Source: an uncultured Clostridia bacterium (GTDB lineage Bacteria; Aerophobota; Aerophobia; Aerophobales; AE-B3A). From it: a stretch of 28,795 bases of DNA. Below are positions 1 through 8,253 of the stretch, piece after piece. The translations under genes and the position numbers were made by a program. The notes beneath the pieces were generated by a model, which was not told the origin of the DNA, searched no databases, and saw nothing but the letters and a program-made list of their open reading frames with translations. Each line of letters starts with the position of its first letter. Positions within the stretch are counted from its first letter, which is position 1. Location: NCBI GenBank assembly GCA_964471775.1, contig CAYYHL010000002.1, forward strand, positions 1 through 28,795, in the 5' to 3' direction.

Positions 1-60
1 TGCGAATAGACCCCCTGCGCCGCCCCCCACAACGACTACATCAAATTGGTGCCTGTGCAC
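1..60 (-). CDS. 5' fragment of an FAD-dependent oxidoreductase (pyridine nucleotide-disulfide / mercuric reductase / dihydrolipoamide dehydrogenase-like); runs off the window edge
   Basis: Not in the ORF track. Manual translation from GTG at 60 gives MHRHQFDVVVVGGGAGGLFA, a Rossmann GxGxxG dinucleotide-binding start. GGGAGAG RBS lies 5 nt upstream, directly after the glycosyltransferase stop codon. Confidence 0.75.
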   Translation of the reverse strand, partial: MHRHQFDVVVVGGGAGGLFA

Positions 61-71
61 AGTGTCTCTCC

Positions 72-767
72 CTAGTTAGCCCTTTCACTTTTTCCTATCC
101 GGGTGTACCTTGCTGCCAACCGATATGGTGAGACCCCCGATAAATAGCGCAACAAATACCAGATATCACGGCAGCACTGCTTGATTACTCCATTTTCCAG
201 GAATCTACGAGCTGATGTCGTCACGGTCCCCGGAAAAAGGTGGATGTGCGTCCTTTTTCGCGCCTTTTGCAACAGTCGCACATCTTCATACAGCGGCCAA
301 TCAGGAAAACCGCCTATGCTATCAAAGAAGGATGAGCGCACTACAATCCCCTGGTCGCCAAAACGTGTCAATACCGAATCAAAACGGTTGCACAGTGCAT
401 AGAAATTGAGGAGTGGGTGCTTCGTATCCAAGGAGAGTCGAAAAACGCCAATATTGACCTTCTCATCCTGAAAAATCGCCCTGAGCTGGACAAACACGTC
501 ATCCGGCAGCCTGGTATCAGCATGAAGAAAGACAAGAACATCACCAGAAGCACGGGCAGCGCCGGCGTTGCACTGCTGCCCGCGTCCCCTTTGGGCAGAG
601 CACACAACAGCTCCCAGCTTCCTCGCCGCACGGGGTGTGCTGTCCTCACTTCTTCCATCAGCGACAACTATCTCCATGTCAGGGTCAAGTTGACGCAGGT
701 GTCTAATGCAGGCCCCTATGAGTTTCTCTTCATTTAAGGTGGGAATAATAACGGAAAATCTGGTCAA
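72..767 (-). CDS. GT2 glycosyltransferase, TIGR04283-like (rSAM/selenodomain-associated; often annotated arsenosugar-biosynthesis glycosyltransferase)
   Basis: Motifs SVIIPTLNEE, VVADGRSED, GRGQQCNAGA, VFLHADT (DxD-like), FGDQG, GGFPDWPLYED, VTTSARRF; 231 aa; TTG start. Confidence 0.88.
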   Translation of the reverse strand: MTRFSVIIPTLNEEKLIGACIRHLRQLDPDMEIVVADGRSEDSTPRAARKLGAVVCSAQRGRGQQCNAGAARASGDVLVFLHADTRLPDDVFVQLRAIFQDEKVNIGVFRLSLDTKHPLLNFYALCNRFDSVLTRFGDQGIVVRSSFFDSIGGFPDWPLYEDVRLLQKARKRTHIHLFPGTVTTSARRFLENGVIKQCCRDIWYLLRYLSGVSPYRLAARYTRIGKSERAN

Positions 768-956
768 AGTCTGCCTTCTGCCTGCCTGGTGTTTTTCTCG
801 GGCAAGCTGCCTGTCGACAGCCTTTTTACACCAGTAGTGTATTCATTTTTCCATAGAATGCAAAGGTTAGTATTGAGCTACGCGGCCCTGTTCTGTCTCC
901 TTCCTCTTACATTTCTGATTGCCCCCTTTCACCAGGTGCCTTAGGCTTTCTGATCT

Positions 957-1097
957 CTAGCGTTCTGAGGGTAGCCAAAGCTCTTTTGCGGAATACATGA
1001 CCGCACCTCGATTAGGATACTGTGGTGAAAAAGCATATTGCCTCCAGAAACGAAGGGGCGGTGGCTCTAGCGGCTGGTGGGAGGGTCTTGCCAGCAT
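957..1097 (-). CDS. candidate small ORF (46 aa, MLARPSHQPLEPPPLRFWRQ...), unknown function
   Basis: ATG preceded by TAGGGAGACAA, nearly the same RBS context as the molybdoenzyme gene (TAGGGAGACAC) and the FAD gene (TAGGGAGAGACAC). It fills part of a 400-bp gap in the operon. No recognisable motif. Confidence 0.2.
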   Translation of the reverse strand: MLARPSHQPLEPPPLRFWRQYAFSPQYPNRGAVMYSAKELWLPSER

Positions 1098-1162
1098 TTG
1101 TCTCCCTAGCAATGCAGAAGCCGAACCTGCGTCTAGAACGGATCGCAGACGACCAAGGAAAA

Positions 1163-1426
1163 CTAGTCAGCGGCCTTTTCCTTCTCTTTTCTACCCAATG
1201 AAGCAAGGAATCTAAGAACAAGATGCAGACCCAACAGTATGAGAAAAGGTGCCCACAGTGCGTCGTGAACCCTAAAAGATAATGCCTTGCCAAGCAAACC
1301 GAACGTCGCGGGGGTGACAATTCTAAACGCGGTAATTCCAAAACCCGTAACAATGTAGAGCGCTGTTAGAGCCAGCAAGGACCAGCTAATTAGTCGTTTG
1401 ATTAAATGTCCAATGCTGTATTTCAT
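1163..1426 (-). CDS. small two-helix membrane protein (DUF4405 / cytochrome b-like), probable partner of the adjacent molybdoenzyme
   Basis: 87 aa with two hydrophobic segments, TG in helix 1, and His54 and His68 (14 apart) flanking helix 2. Starts 14 nt after the molybdoenzyme stop. Confidence 0.75.
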   Translation of the reverse strand: MKYSIGHLIKRLISWSLLALTALYIVTGFGITAFRIVTPATFGLLGKALSFRVHDALWAPFLILLGLHLVLRFLASLGRKEKEKAAD

Positions 1427-1440
1427 TGTCCCAGCCTTGA

Positions 1441-2118
1441 CTATTCAAAAAACCCCTCATCCAGGTTCCCTCTATTCGAATAGCCTCGTCGCTCCCAATA
1501 TCCTCGGTAGCTTGTGTCATCGGAGAGTTCGATTTTGGTGATCCACTTTATCCACTTGTAGCCCCATTTGTTCTCAGCCACGAGCTGGAAGGGAAATCCT
1601 CTCTCCGGCGGGAGGATAATCTCATTCATCTTGTACGCCATAATGATGTCATTATCCACGATGTAGCTCAAGGGTAGGGAGGTAGAGTATCCATCATGAG
1701 CATGGAATATAACGACTTTTGCACCAGGAAGAACACCGACCTCTTTGAACAAATCTTTCACCAGCACCCCTTCCCACAGTATTTTGACACTCCAGCCCTC
1801 AACACAGTTCAGGGTGACCACCTTGCTGTAATGTTGATTTTCCAGGATCTCATCGTAGGTGTAGGTTGTGAGATTCCTCACCAGGCCGGCTACCTCAAGC
1901 GTGTACGTCTCCTTGTCCACATTCTGTGGTCCCCGTATCGAGTTCTCTCTGAAGCTACCTATTGAAGAAAGTTTTTCACCCTGGTATTCCCTAACCTCAA
2001 CTGGCTTTAGTTCTTTTGCCTCTTCACCAAGGGTGACGCTGGAACGTGTCCACAAGGTGACAGACATCAGTACAAGAATGCCCGTCATGGTAACAATAGC
2101 TCCTGTTCTAAGTTTCAT
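1441..2118 (-). CDS. molybdopterin-dependent oxidoreductase, sulfite oxidase / MsrP(YedY)-like family, with N-terminal hydrophobic segment
   Basis: Mo-ligand Cys in VVTLNCVEGWS, plus WEGV, HAHDGYSTSLPL and GFPFQLVAENKWGYKWIKWITKIEL. Start moved from 2205 to ATG 2118 (MKLRTG...) because GGGAG lies 7 nt upstream. Confidence 0.92.
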   Translation of the reverse strand: MKLRTGAIVTMTGILVLMSVTLWTRSSVTLGEEAKELKPVEVREYQGEKLSSIGSFRENSIRGPQNVDKETYTLEVAGLVRNLTTYTYDEILENQHYSKVVTLNCVEGWSVKILWEGVLVKDLFKEVGVLPGAKVVIFHAHDGYSTSLPLSYIVDNDIIMAYKMNEIILPPERGFPFQLVAENKWGYKWIKWITKIELSDDTSYRGYWERRGYSNRGNLDEGFFE

Positions 2119-2450
2119 GGCGTGTCTCCCTATATTCTGTTTTTTAAGACCGCGTTTACTGGAAAAAGAAGGCGAAACCTTTTGCTCACACCTCAGTGCC
2201 GACAATACTTTTCTCGAAGACCTCTTGCCAGACCGTTCTCCTCTTGGAGGATCTCTATTGTTTTGCCCAAGTTTGACCTATGTTGTCGCAAGACCTCTTC
2301 AGCAATGACGCAAGTTCATAAGACCTCATCCACAGAATGGCGGAGGCCCTGTCTTCTTATCATGTCTCAGGCAGGACACAGCCTCAATCCATAATTTGAA
2401 TTCTGGCCTAACGGTACTGGCCGACACCTTAAAAGGACCATTTTGGTCTT

Positions 2451-2478
2451 ATTATACTCTCCCAGAAAACTTTGTCAA
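2451..2478 (-). promoter_or_regulatory. sigma70-type promoter
   Basis: Minus strand reads TTGACA-N16-TATAAT (both hexamers perfect consensus), pointing toward the molybdoenzyme operon about 330 nt downstream. Confidence 0.8.
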
Positions 2479-2894
2479 CCCCCCACACAGATTGCCCTCC
2501 AATACCCCATAAAAGCTGCTGTTTCAGGCTTCCTTCACCCGTTGGGATAAGTTCGCGGAGAATCTCTTTCGGTGGATACTCGTGTGGTGGAGGAGAATTT
2601 TCCCCTATATTTCGGAAACGCCAGGAAATGTTGGACTCAGATACACCTCTTTCATAGGGCCAAGATGCGATACACCCGAATGTGAATCTTGTGCTGAGCA
2701 TTCTCGCAAAAAGTCCTTCTCTATGAGTTTTCAAGCTCCTGAGCTTCACTCTCTGGAAATCAATCCTCTCTTCGTCACTGTGATGATACAAGAAAGCTTA
2801 TCCGAACTCTCACTTCCTTAATCTGACAAGGAGCCTTTATGAGGTCGACGACTTTGAAGGATAGCTGGAGAATCAGCCCGTGGACCAATTGGGA

Positions 2895-3140
2895 TCAAGG
2901 TGGAGTGCTGAAGACAGGGATGTGCATCTCTTCCTCGGTTCTCCCCAAAGAAATTCTAACATCGAGAAAATCCGTCGGGTTACGCATTATATAATTGACT
3001 CTGCCCTTCAAGAGAGAAAAATCCATGTAGGAGGCGCTATGCTCCCATCTCCATTGTTCAACTTCCCCATATCCCAAAGCAGGCACAAGATAAAGACCCA
3101 CAGCCAGCAGAATGGCGACCAATAACTCTTGGGTTTTCAC
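2895..3140 (-). CDS. secreted hypothetical protein, possibly truncated (pseudogene candidate)
   Basis: Strong GAGGAGG RBS, GTG start, signal-peptide-like N terminus (MKTQELLVAILLAVGLYLVPALG). Only 81 aa; the same frame continues stop-free for 39 codons past the TGA. Confidence 0.55.
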   Translation of the reverse strand: MKTQELLVAILLAVGLYLVPALGYGEVEQWRWEHSASYMDFSLLKGRVNYIMRNPTDFLDVRISLGRTEEEMHIPVFSTPP

Positions 3141-3156
3141 CTTGCCTCCTCTCTTT

Positions 3157-3414
3157 TTAGTCTACAGCGGGGGCGTAACAGCAGCGACAGTAACCGTACT
3201 GCTCGTTATGGCAATTTCTGATCGGCAAAGGCGACTTTTTAATAGCCTTCTTTAATGCGATTTTCTTGCCTTCCCATTTTTCGCAAGCGTAACACGCATT
3301 TCGAGCAGGAAGAACATCCACAGCTTTGACCAGTCCTGAGCGCAGATACCCTTCTAGAGCTCCTTTGTTAGATTTAGCAATAAATTTCTTGGTTTCTTCG
3401 TGTCTTTTCTTCAT
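3157..3414 (-). CDS. small basic Cys-rich (putative metal-binding) hypothetical protein
   Basis: AGAGGAG RBS; pattern CYAC...PLPIRNC...GYCRCCY in 85 aa. Confidence 0.7.
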   Translation of the reverse strand: MKKRHEETKKFIAKSNKGALEGYLRSGLVKAVDVLPARNACYACEKWEGKKIALKKAIKKSPLPIRNCHNEQYGYCRCCYAPAVD

Positions 3415-3599
3415 AGTTCTCCTCTGTTACACTAAACTGCCAAGCGTCCTCTATCCCACAACTGGCTTTAAAAAAAGTCTCTTGATGAAGGGGCTGTAAT
3501 TCTAACCAAGATATAGGTTGCCTTCGACCAAGATCAGGCCTCTATGAACGTCTATGGAGCTCTTTTCCTCTTGTCAATCGGCGCAAAACCTGGATTTGC

Positions 3600-3833
3600 T
3601 CAGCTTTCTTCCTTGGCAACACTCCTGGCAATCACTATGGTCACAATAACGGCTACGACTGTCACTACAATCGCATAGATGAGCATCGCCACAATGGTGT
3701 CAGGGTCTCCGAAGACCTTGGCAAAAATTGCCCTAATAGCTCCATTCCAGGCGAGGGCTGCTACTAAACCAAAAGCTGCTGTGAGTAGGGCTGCTATCCT
3801 TTCCCGAACCTGCTTGCGTACCTCGCTCTTCAT
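3600..3833 (-). CDS. small two-helix membrane protein, DUF5654-like
   Basis: AAGGAGG RBS; signature TAAFGLVAALAWNGAI followed by a second hydrophobic helix; 77 aa. Confidence 0.82.
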   Translation of the reverse strand: MKSEVRKQVRERIAALLTAAFGLVAALAWNGAIRAIFAKVFGDPDTIVAMLIYAIVVTVVAVIVTIVIARSVAKEES

Positions 3834-4433
3834 CCTCTTCCTCCTTTGCTAAATTTGATGAAGCTCACCTCCGAAAGTTACTCTTCCAGCTCTAAAGAAG
3901 TCGACGCTTTTTTCGTCATGTCGTCTCGAACCTACACTCTTCACCCTGGTCAGCACCCTGAGTTTTCAAAACATGTTGCATCCTGCGTGTCAACTCTCAG
4001 GATATGCCCAGATGTCATTTGGGGTATGCTCCCGCTCCCCTTTGCCTTCGTCATAATCAGCGCTCTTAGAGGCACTTAGAGGCAAGAGAGGCCCAAGAGA
4101 AAACGTCAAAATCTATCAATGTAGCTTTCCCATTGAAAAGCTCGAAGCCCTTATTTTGGCTAATTTTGCGTCTTGTGTTAGAGCGTAGGGGTGTGTTTTC
4201 AACCAGCCTCATCTGTCTGTTCAGGTTGACGACGCCTGGTCGGGTGAAGGAGTGAAGCGGTGTCGCTTGACTTAAAGGGAACCAAGGGCTCTTGTCGGTT
4301 CTTCATGAAGCCACTCTTCTTCATCGAGGGGTATAGCTACTATCCAGGAAATCAACTGATCAGGAAACCCCTTGTAGGTAGTGGGATTGTAGTATAGATG
4401 GGGCGGCGATTTAACGAGGCGCGTTCTGCCATA

Positions 4434-4453
4434 TAAAAGAGAGCTCTGAAAAA
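4434..4453 (+). repeat. left terminal inverted repeat (including TA)
   Basis: TAAAAGAGAGCTCTGAAAAA, exact reverse complement of 4947-4966. Confidence 0.92.
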
Positions 4454-4964
4454 GTCGGCCTAATCTGGCTGAAGTTGTGAGGTTCTTTCTCAATTCTTCT
4501 TTCTTGTAGTTGACTAAAGTCCAGATTTGGTCTATCTTTGAAGTGATTTTGTCTCAGAATTCTGCAAGGAGGAAATCTAAGTGATCGGGAAAACTGACGC
4601 TCAAGGAAACTTCTTCGACTCCTACATCCAAGAGTACTTTCTACCCAAAGAGCATGAACTTCTCAAGATAAAGGAGAGTGTGGACTTTTCCTTCGTTGAG
4701 GAGGAGACCAGGGAACTTTATTCAGAAGACGTGGGAAGACCTTCTCATCCTCCAGTGGTAATGTTCAAGATTCTCTTCCTGGAGTTCTACTACAACCCCT
4801 CTGTTCAGGATAAAAAGGACTCAAAGAGCAAGAATTCTCTAGAAACGGGGAAAACCTGAAGAAGGATAAGGAAGAAAAGAGGATTTTCCGCCTCCACCGC
4901 CCGAAAAAACTTGAGTCAAGGCGAGAGAATTCGAAAAAGAAGCTAATTTTTCAGAGCTCTCTTT
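4436..4964 (+). mobile_element. internally deleted, non-autonomous IS (IS5/IS1182-like), 529 bp, both ends intact
   Basis: Perfect inverted repeats AAAGAGAGCTCTGAAAAA at 4436-4453 and 4947-4964, each flanked by TA (4434-4435, 4965-4966; possible target duplication). They enclose a transposase 5' fragment. Confidence 0.85.
4581..4859 (+). pseudogene. truncated transposase, IS5/IS1182-type N-terminal (DUF772-like) domain
   Basis: AAGGAGG RBS. HELLKIKESVDFSFVEEETRELYSEDVGRPSHPPVVMFKILFLEFYYN is the typical N-terminal motif. Similarity stops near 4800; no DDE catalytic domain follows. Confidence 0.88.
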
Positions 4965-4966
4965 TA
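4947..4966 (-). repeat. right terminal inverted repeat (including TA)
   Basis: TTTTTCAGAGCTCTCTTTTA on the + strand, exact reverse complement of 4434-4453. Confidence 0.92.
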
Positions 4967-4985
4967 CGTGATTCAATTCGCGGTA

Positions 4986-5018
4986 TTGACAAATTTTTTT
5001 TGTTGAGCATAATATAAT
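4986..5018 (+). promoter_or_regulatory. sigma70-type promoter of the regulator / catabolic island
   Basis: TTGACA (4986-4991)-N16-CATAAT (5008-5013), with an overlapping TATAAT at 5013-5018; AT-rich. Confidence 0.7.
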
Positions 5019-5080
5019 GTAGAATTTCGTCTCTATTTTCAAAAAACGTACTACATGAGTGAATCTATGGCGGTGGAACC

Positions 5081-5647
5081 ATGAGTCTGGGGAGAAGCAT
5101 TCGGCGCCGAAGAATGGAATTGGGTTTGAGGGGAATGGACCTGGCACGGACAAGTGGTCTGAGTTCGAGCTTTTTGAGCCAGATAGAAAAGGATAGAACG
5201 AGTCCTTCCGTGAGCACATTGAAGAAAATCGCTGAGGCACTTAATACATCTGTTGCCTCGTTTTTCGAATCAGCCTTTTCTGATGAAGAACAGGGAGAAG
5301 AACTTCAACATCAGTCACCTGTTGTTCGTGAAAGCGAACGCAAGGTCCTCTCCCTTGGTGAAGGAGTCAACTTTTTCCTTCTCAATCAAAATCTAAACGA
5401 GGGAGTCAAACTCATACTCAATATCCTGAGCCCGGGAGCAACGACATCTAAAGAACTGTACAGCCACCAGGGAGAAGAAGCCGGGTTAGTGTTGGAGGGA
5501 GAATTAGAAATTCAATTGGGGAATAGGAAGTATCACTTACAAAGTGGTGATAGCATTAGTTTCAAATCCACGATCCCTCATAGAAAGACAAACACAGGGC
5601 AATCTAAGTCGATTTCCGTGTGGGGGAACACCATGGTACCATTTTGA
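5081..5647 (+). CDS. XRE-family transcriptional regulator with C-terminal cupin sensor domain
   Basis: N-terminal HTH (LARTSGLSSSFLSQIEKDRTSPSVSTLKKIAEAL); cupin motifs HQGEEAGLVLEG and GDSISFKSTIPHR. Confidence 0.95.
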   Translation: MSLGRSIRRRRMELGLRGMDLARTSGLSSSFLSQIEKDRTSPSVSTLKKIAEALNTSVASFFESAFSDEEQGEELQHQSPVVRESERKVLSLGEGVNFFLLNQNLNEGVKLILNILSPGATTSKELYSHQGEEAGLVLEGELEIQLGNRKYHLQSGDSISFKSTIPHRKTNTGQSKSISVWGNTMVPF

Positions 5648-5941
5648 AGATGAGGATGGGTATTCCAAGACAATACTCAAGCCAGACTGGAAAAAGGCGG
5701 TGGTGTGAGGCAAAAGTGGCTGAGAAATGGGCTATCAAGGACCATAAGGAAAAGACAGGAGATCTTGTCTTCTTGCTAGATCCGTGATAACACAGAAAGG
5801 GGGTGATGCACAAAGGGGAGAGAAGTCGACTGGCTTTCAAGCGAGAGAAGGCCCAGGAGAGAAGAGAAGTCAAAATGACCGACTATTGTTCCCTAAGCCG
5901 ATCGGTAGTGATATGAACAAGACAATCATGAGGAGGACAAA

Positions 5942-7342
5942 ATGAAACGGAGGATGAGAATAGGCCTAGCCAGTCTGTGTTTGGCAGTTCTGATGCTTGT
6001 AGCGTTCACAGCTTCTGGCTGGGCTGTTGAGTATATTGATGGAACCTGGCCACACCTGCGGGCTGGCAAACCTTTTGCGGGAACAACGATTGTGGTTTCC
6101 ACAATGGAGGGATGGACTTGCATTGCGCCGGCAGTAGAGCGAACTGGCCAATTCGAGGAACTGACTGGCATCAAAGTCGAGTGGTTCCAGCTCCCGGGGA
6201 GTGAGCTTTATGCGAAGCAAATCATCGAGCTGAGCGCTCATACAGGGTATGCGGATGTTGTTCAGCAGCCCGGGATATTCATGCTCCCGTGTTTTCCCTA
6301 CTTGGAACCCCTTGATAGCTACATCACGGAAGGATGGGGAAGCACCGCCCAGTTCGAGGACGAGATGTGGGAGCTTCAGAAGCAGGTAAAGGGACCTTCT
6401 GGTCAGTATGCTATGGTGCAGTTCCATGCTAACGCTCAGGTTACATACTACAGAAAAGAGCTCTTTGAGGATCCTTCCGAAAAAGCTGCATTCCGCGAGC
6501 AATATGGCTACGACCTCAAAGTCCCCGAGACACTCCAACAGCTAAAGGATGTTGCAACGTTCTTCACGCGACCGCCTGACATGTATGGGTTCGTCATGAA
6601 CCTGGGTATGGACCAAGGTTATACTGCTCAGAACGACCTGTACCTGGAGACCGGGAGAGACTGGGTGGAAAAAGTTGACGGTGGCTATCGCTGCACGTAT
6701 GCCAGCGGAGAAGGCCGTGAGGAGCAGATAATGCTCGCTCAATGGCTGCAGGATGCCATATACAAGGACAAGTACATGGCCCCCGACTCTGCTACATTGA
6801 CAACAGGGCCCGTTTCCGAGTACTTCTTCGGGGGTCACGCAGCAATGGCCTGGGGTTGGCTCTCTGACTTCTGGGGATATATGCAGACTCCAGAGATCAA
6901 GAACAAAGTCGGTGAGATTGGGACATTTCGTCTTCCCCTGCCCGTGCCTATCCGCGGCGGTGGGCATGCATCCTATTGGGGTGTCGGCATCAACGGGGAT
7001 AGCAGACACAAAGATGCGGCATGGGAATTCATAAAATGGCTGATGCAGGAAGACATCCAGTTGCCAATGGCCAAAGATGGTGGGCAATTGCCTCCCTACA
7101 AGAAACTTGCCTACTACACGTCCGTCGATCCGGGGGGAATCAATCCGAGGACACTTTACGACAAGTACCTTGAGGCCAGACATCCCTATCTCGTGCCTCT
7201 CCTTGGGCTGGGACCATTCACACAAGCCTCGGATCTCCACAACTTGTTGACTGCAAATAAGATTACGGGAGAGGAGTTTACTGATCGGGCAGCGAAGGCT
7301 ACAGAGGACGCTTTGGACAGAGCAGGACTGCTCGCAAAGTGA
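5942..7342 (+). CDS. ABC transporter substrate-binding protein, CUT1 (carbohydrate uptake 1) type
   Basis: Signal peptide; YYRKELFE, PETLQQLKD, FFGGHAAMAWGW, SYWGVGINGDSRHKDAAWEFIKWL; 466 aa; GAGGAGG RBS. Confidence 0.92.
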   Translation: MKRRMRIGLASLCLAVLMLVAFTASGWAVEYIDGTWPHLRAGKPFAGTTIVVSTMEGWTCIAPAVERTGQFEELTGIKVEWFQLPGSELYAKQIIELSAHTGYADVVQQPGIFMLPCFPYLEPLDSYITEGWGSTAQFEDEMWELQKQVKGPSGQYAMVQFHANAQVTYYRKELFEDPSEKAAFREQYGYDLKVPETLQQLKDVATFFTRPPDMYGFVMNLGMDQGYTAQNDLYLETGRDWVEKVDGGYRCTYASGEGREEQIMLAQWLQDAIYKDKYMAPDSATLTTGPVSEYFFGGHAAMAWGWLSDFWGYMQTPEIKNKVGEIGTFRLPLPVPIRGGGHASYWGVGINGDSRHKDAAWEFIKWLMQEDIQLPMAKDGGQLPPYKKLAYYTSVDPGGINPRTLYDKYLEARHPYLVPLLGLGPFTQASDLHNLLTANKITGEEFTDRAAKATEDALDRAGLLAK

Positions 7343-8253
7343 GTGAGAATCAAGTAGGGACTGCTGCGAGAGAATCAGTCCTGAAAAGGGTGGGGCTACT
7401 CTTATGGGTAGTCCCACCACTTGTTTTCTTCGCAGTGTTCCTCGGCTATCCGCTGGGAATGCTTGTTTACACAAGCCTGAGGAATAAGAATATTCCTCTG
7501 ATGATCGACAACTTCGCCGGACTTGCGAACTATGCGAGGCTCTTTAGCTCGTGGAGCTTCTACGCGGCAGTTCTTCGGACCCTGGCATACATAGGAGTGT
7601 GTGTGGGGGTAAGCCTCGTCGGGGGGCTTTTTCTTGCCGTATTTAACGCATCTATAGAGCGCCACATATCACGTGTATTCTCAAGAGTTCTCCACATAAT
7701 CATCATACTGCCATTGTTGCTGATGCCTGCTGCTGCCGCGGTCATGTGGGCTTTCGCCCTTACCGAGCAATACGGATGGGTCAATTACTTGCTCTCATTT
7801 GTGGGCATTAGAGCCCGGCCGTGGCTGGCGACTTACTCTGCGTTCTATTGGGTGATGCTTGCAGATATCTGGTCCTGGACACCGTATGTGTATCTGATCC
7901 TGCTAGCTGGAATTCAGGGGATCCCTGAAGAACCCTTGGAGGCTGCAAGAATTGACGGTGCTTCCCGGTGGCAGTCATTCTTCCTTGTCACACTTCCACT
8001 TCTGAAACGAGTGTTGCTGATTGCCATAGTTCTTAAGACAATTGACACCTCGAAAGCTTTCGACTACCTGTGGATAATGACAAGAGGCGGACCCGGCGAG
8101 GCATCCACAACGCTCAACGTGCATCTTTTCAAGACTGCATTCCGAATGTGGGATACCGGAGGAGGTGCTGCGATTGGTGTGTGTATTTTGTGTCTTGTAT
8201 TGGGCATCGTTCTTCTCTTGTTCAAGGTATCACGACTCAGAAAGGTAGATTGA
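7339..8253 (+). CDS. carbohydrate ABC transporter permease (MalF/UgpA-like)
   Basis: Multiple TM helices; EAA motif EEPLEAARIDGASRWQSFFLVTLPLL; GTGA overlap with the binding-protein stop. Confidence 0.95.
   Translation: MSENQVGTAARESVLKRVGLLLWVVPPLVFFAVFLGYPLGMLVYTSLRNKNIPLMIDNFAGLANYARLFSSWSFYAAVLRTLAYIGVCVGVSLVGGLFLAVFNASIERHISRVFSRVLHIIIILPLLLMPAAAAVMWAFALTEQYGWVNYLLSFVGIRARPWLATYSAFYWVMLADIWSWTPYVYLILLAGIQGIPEEPLEAARIDGASRWQSFFLVTLPLLKRVLLIAIVLKTIDTSKAFDYLWIMTRGGPGEASTTLNVHLFKTAFRMWDTGGGAAIGVCILCLVLGIVLLLFKVSRLRKVD

Noticed and set aside
872-887. GGCCGCGTAGCTCAAT (minus strand) looks like the first 16 nt of a tRNA
   Set aside because: No D-loop GG, anticodon arm, TTCGA or matching 3' acceptor strand follows; too short to call a tRNA or att site.
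2193-2352. Minus-strand ORF with in-frame TGA (MIRRQGLRHSVDEVL*TCVIAEE...) as a possible selenoprotein
   Set aside because: No SECIS-like hairpin after the UGA, no redox motif or homology, no RBS.
2429-2791. 120-aa ORF on the minus strand
   Set aside because: No RBS, no recognisable motif, and it runs through the consensus promoter at 2451-2478; at most part of a decayed gene.
4066-4083. TTAGAGGCA short direct repeat
   Set aside because: Nine bp, two copies, no associated feature.
4272-4433. Protein-like stretch (LVKSPPHLYYNPTTYKGFPDQLISW) next to the IS, faintly MmcQ/YjbR-like
   Set aside because: Similarity is too weak, and no 5' half is visible on the other side of the element.
5017-5056. 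ATGTAG-N28-CTACAT inverted repeat as an XRE operator (similar geometry at 25724-25767)
   Set aside because: Six-bp arms with a long spacer are expected by chance; the second instance is imperfect.
6542-7474. 310-aa antisense ORF, and other long shadow ORFs (5966-6538, 8585-9163, 14979-15719)
   Set aside because: They lie opposite well-supported genes and have no motifs or RBS.
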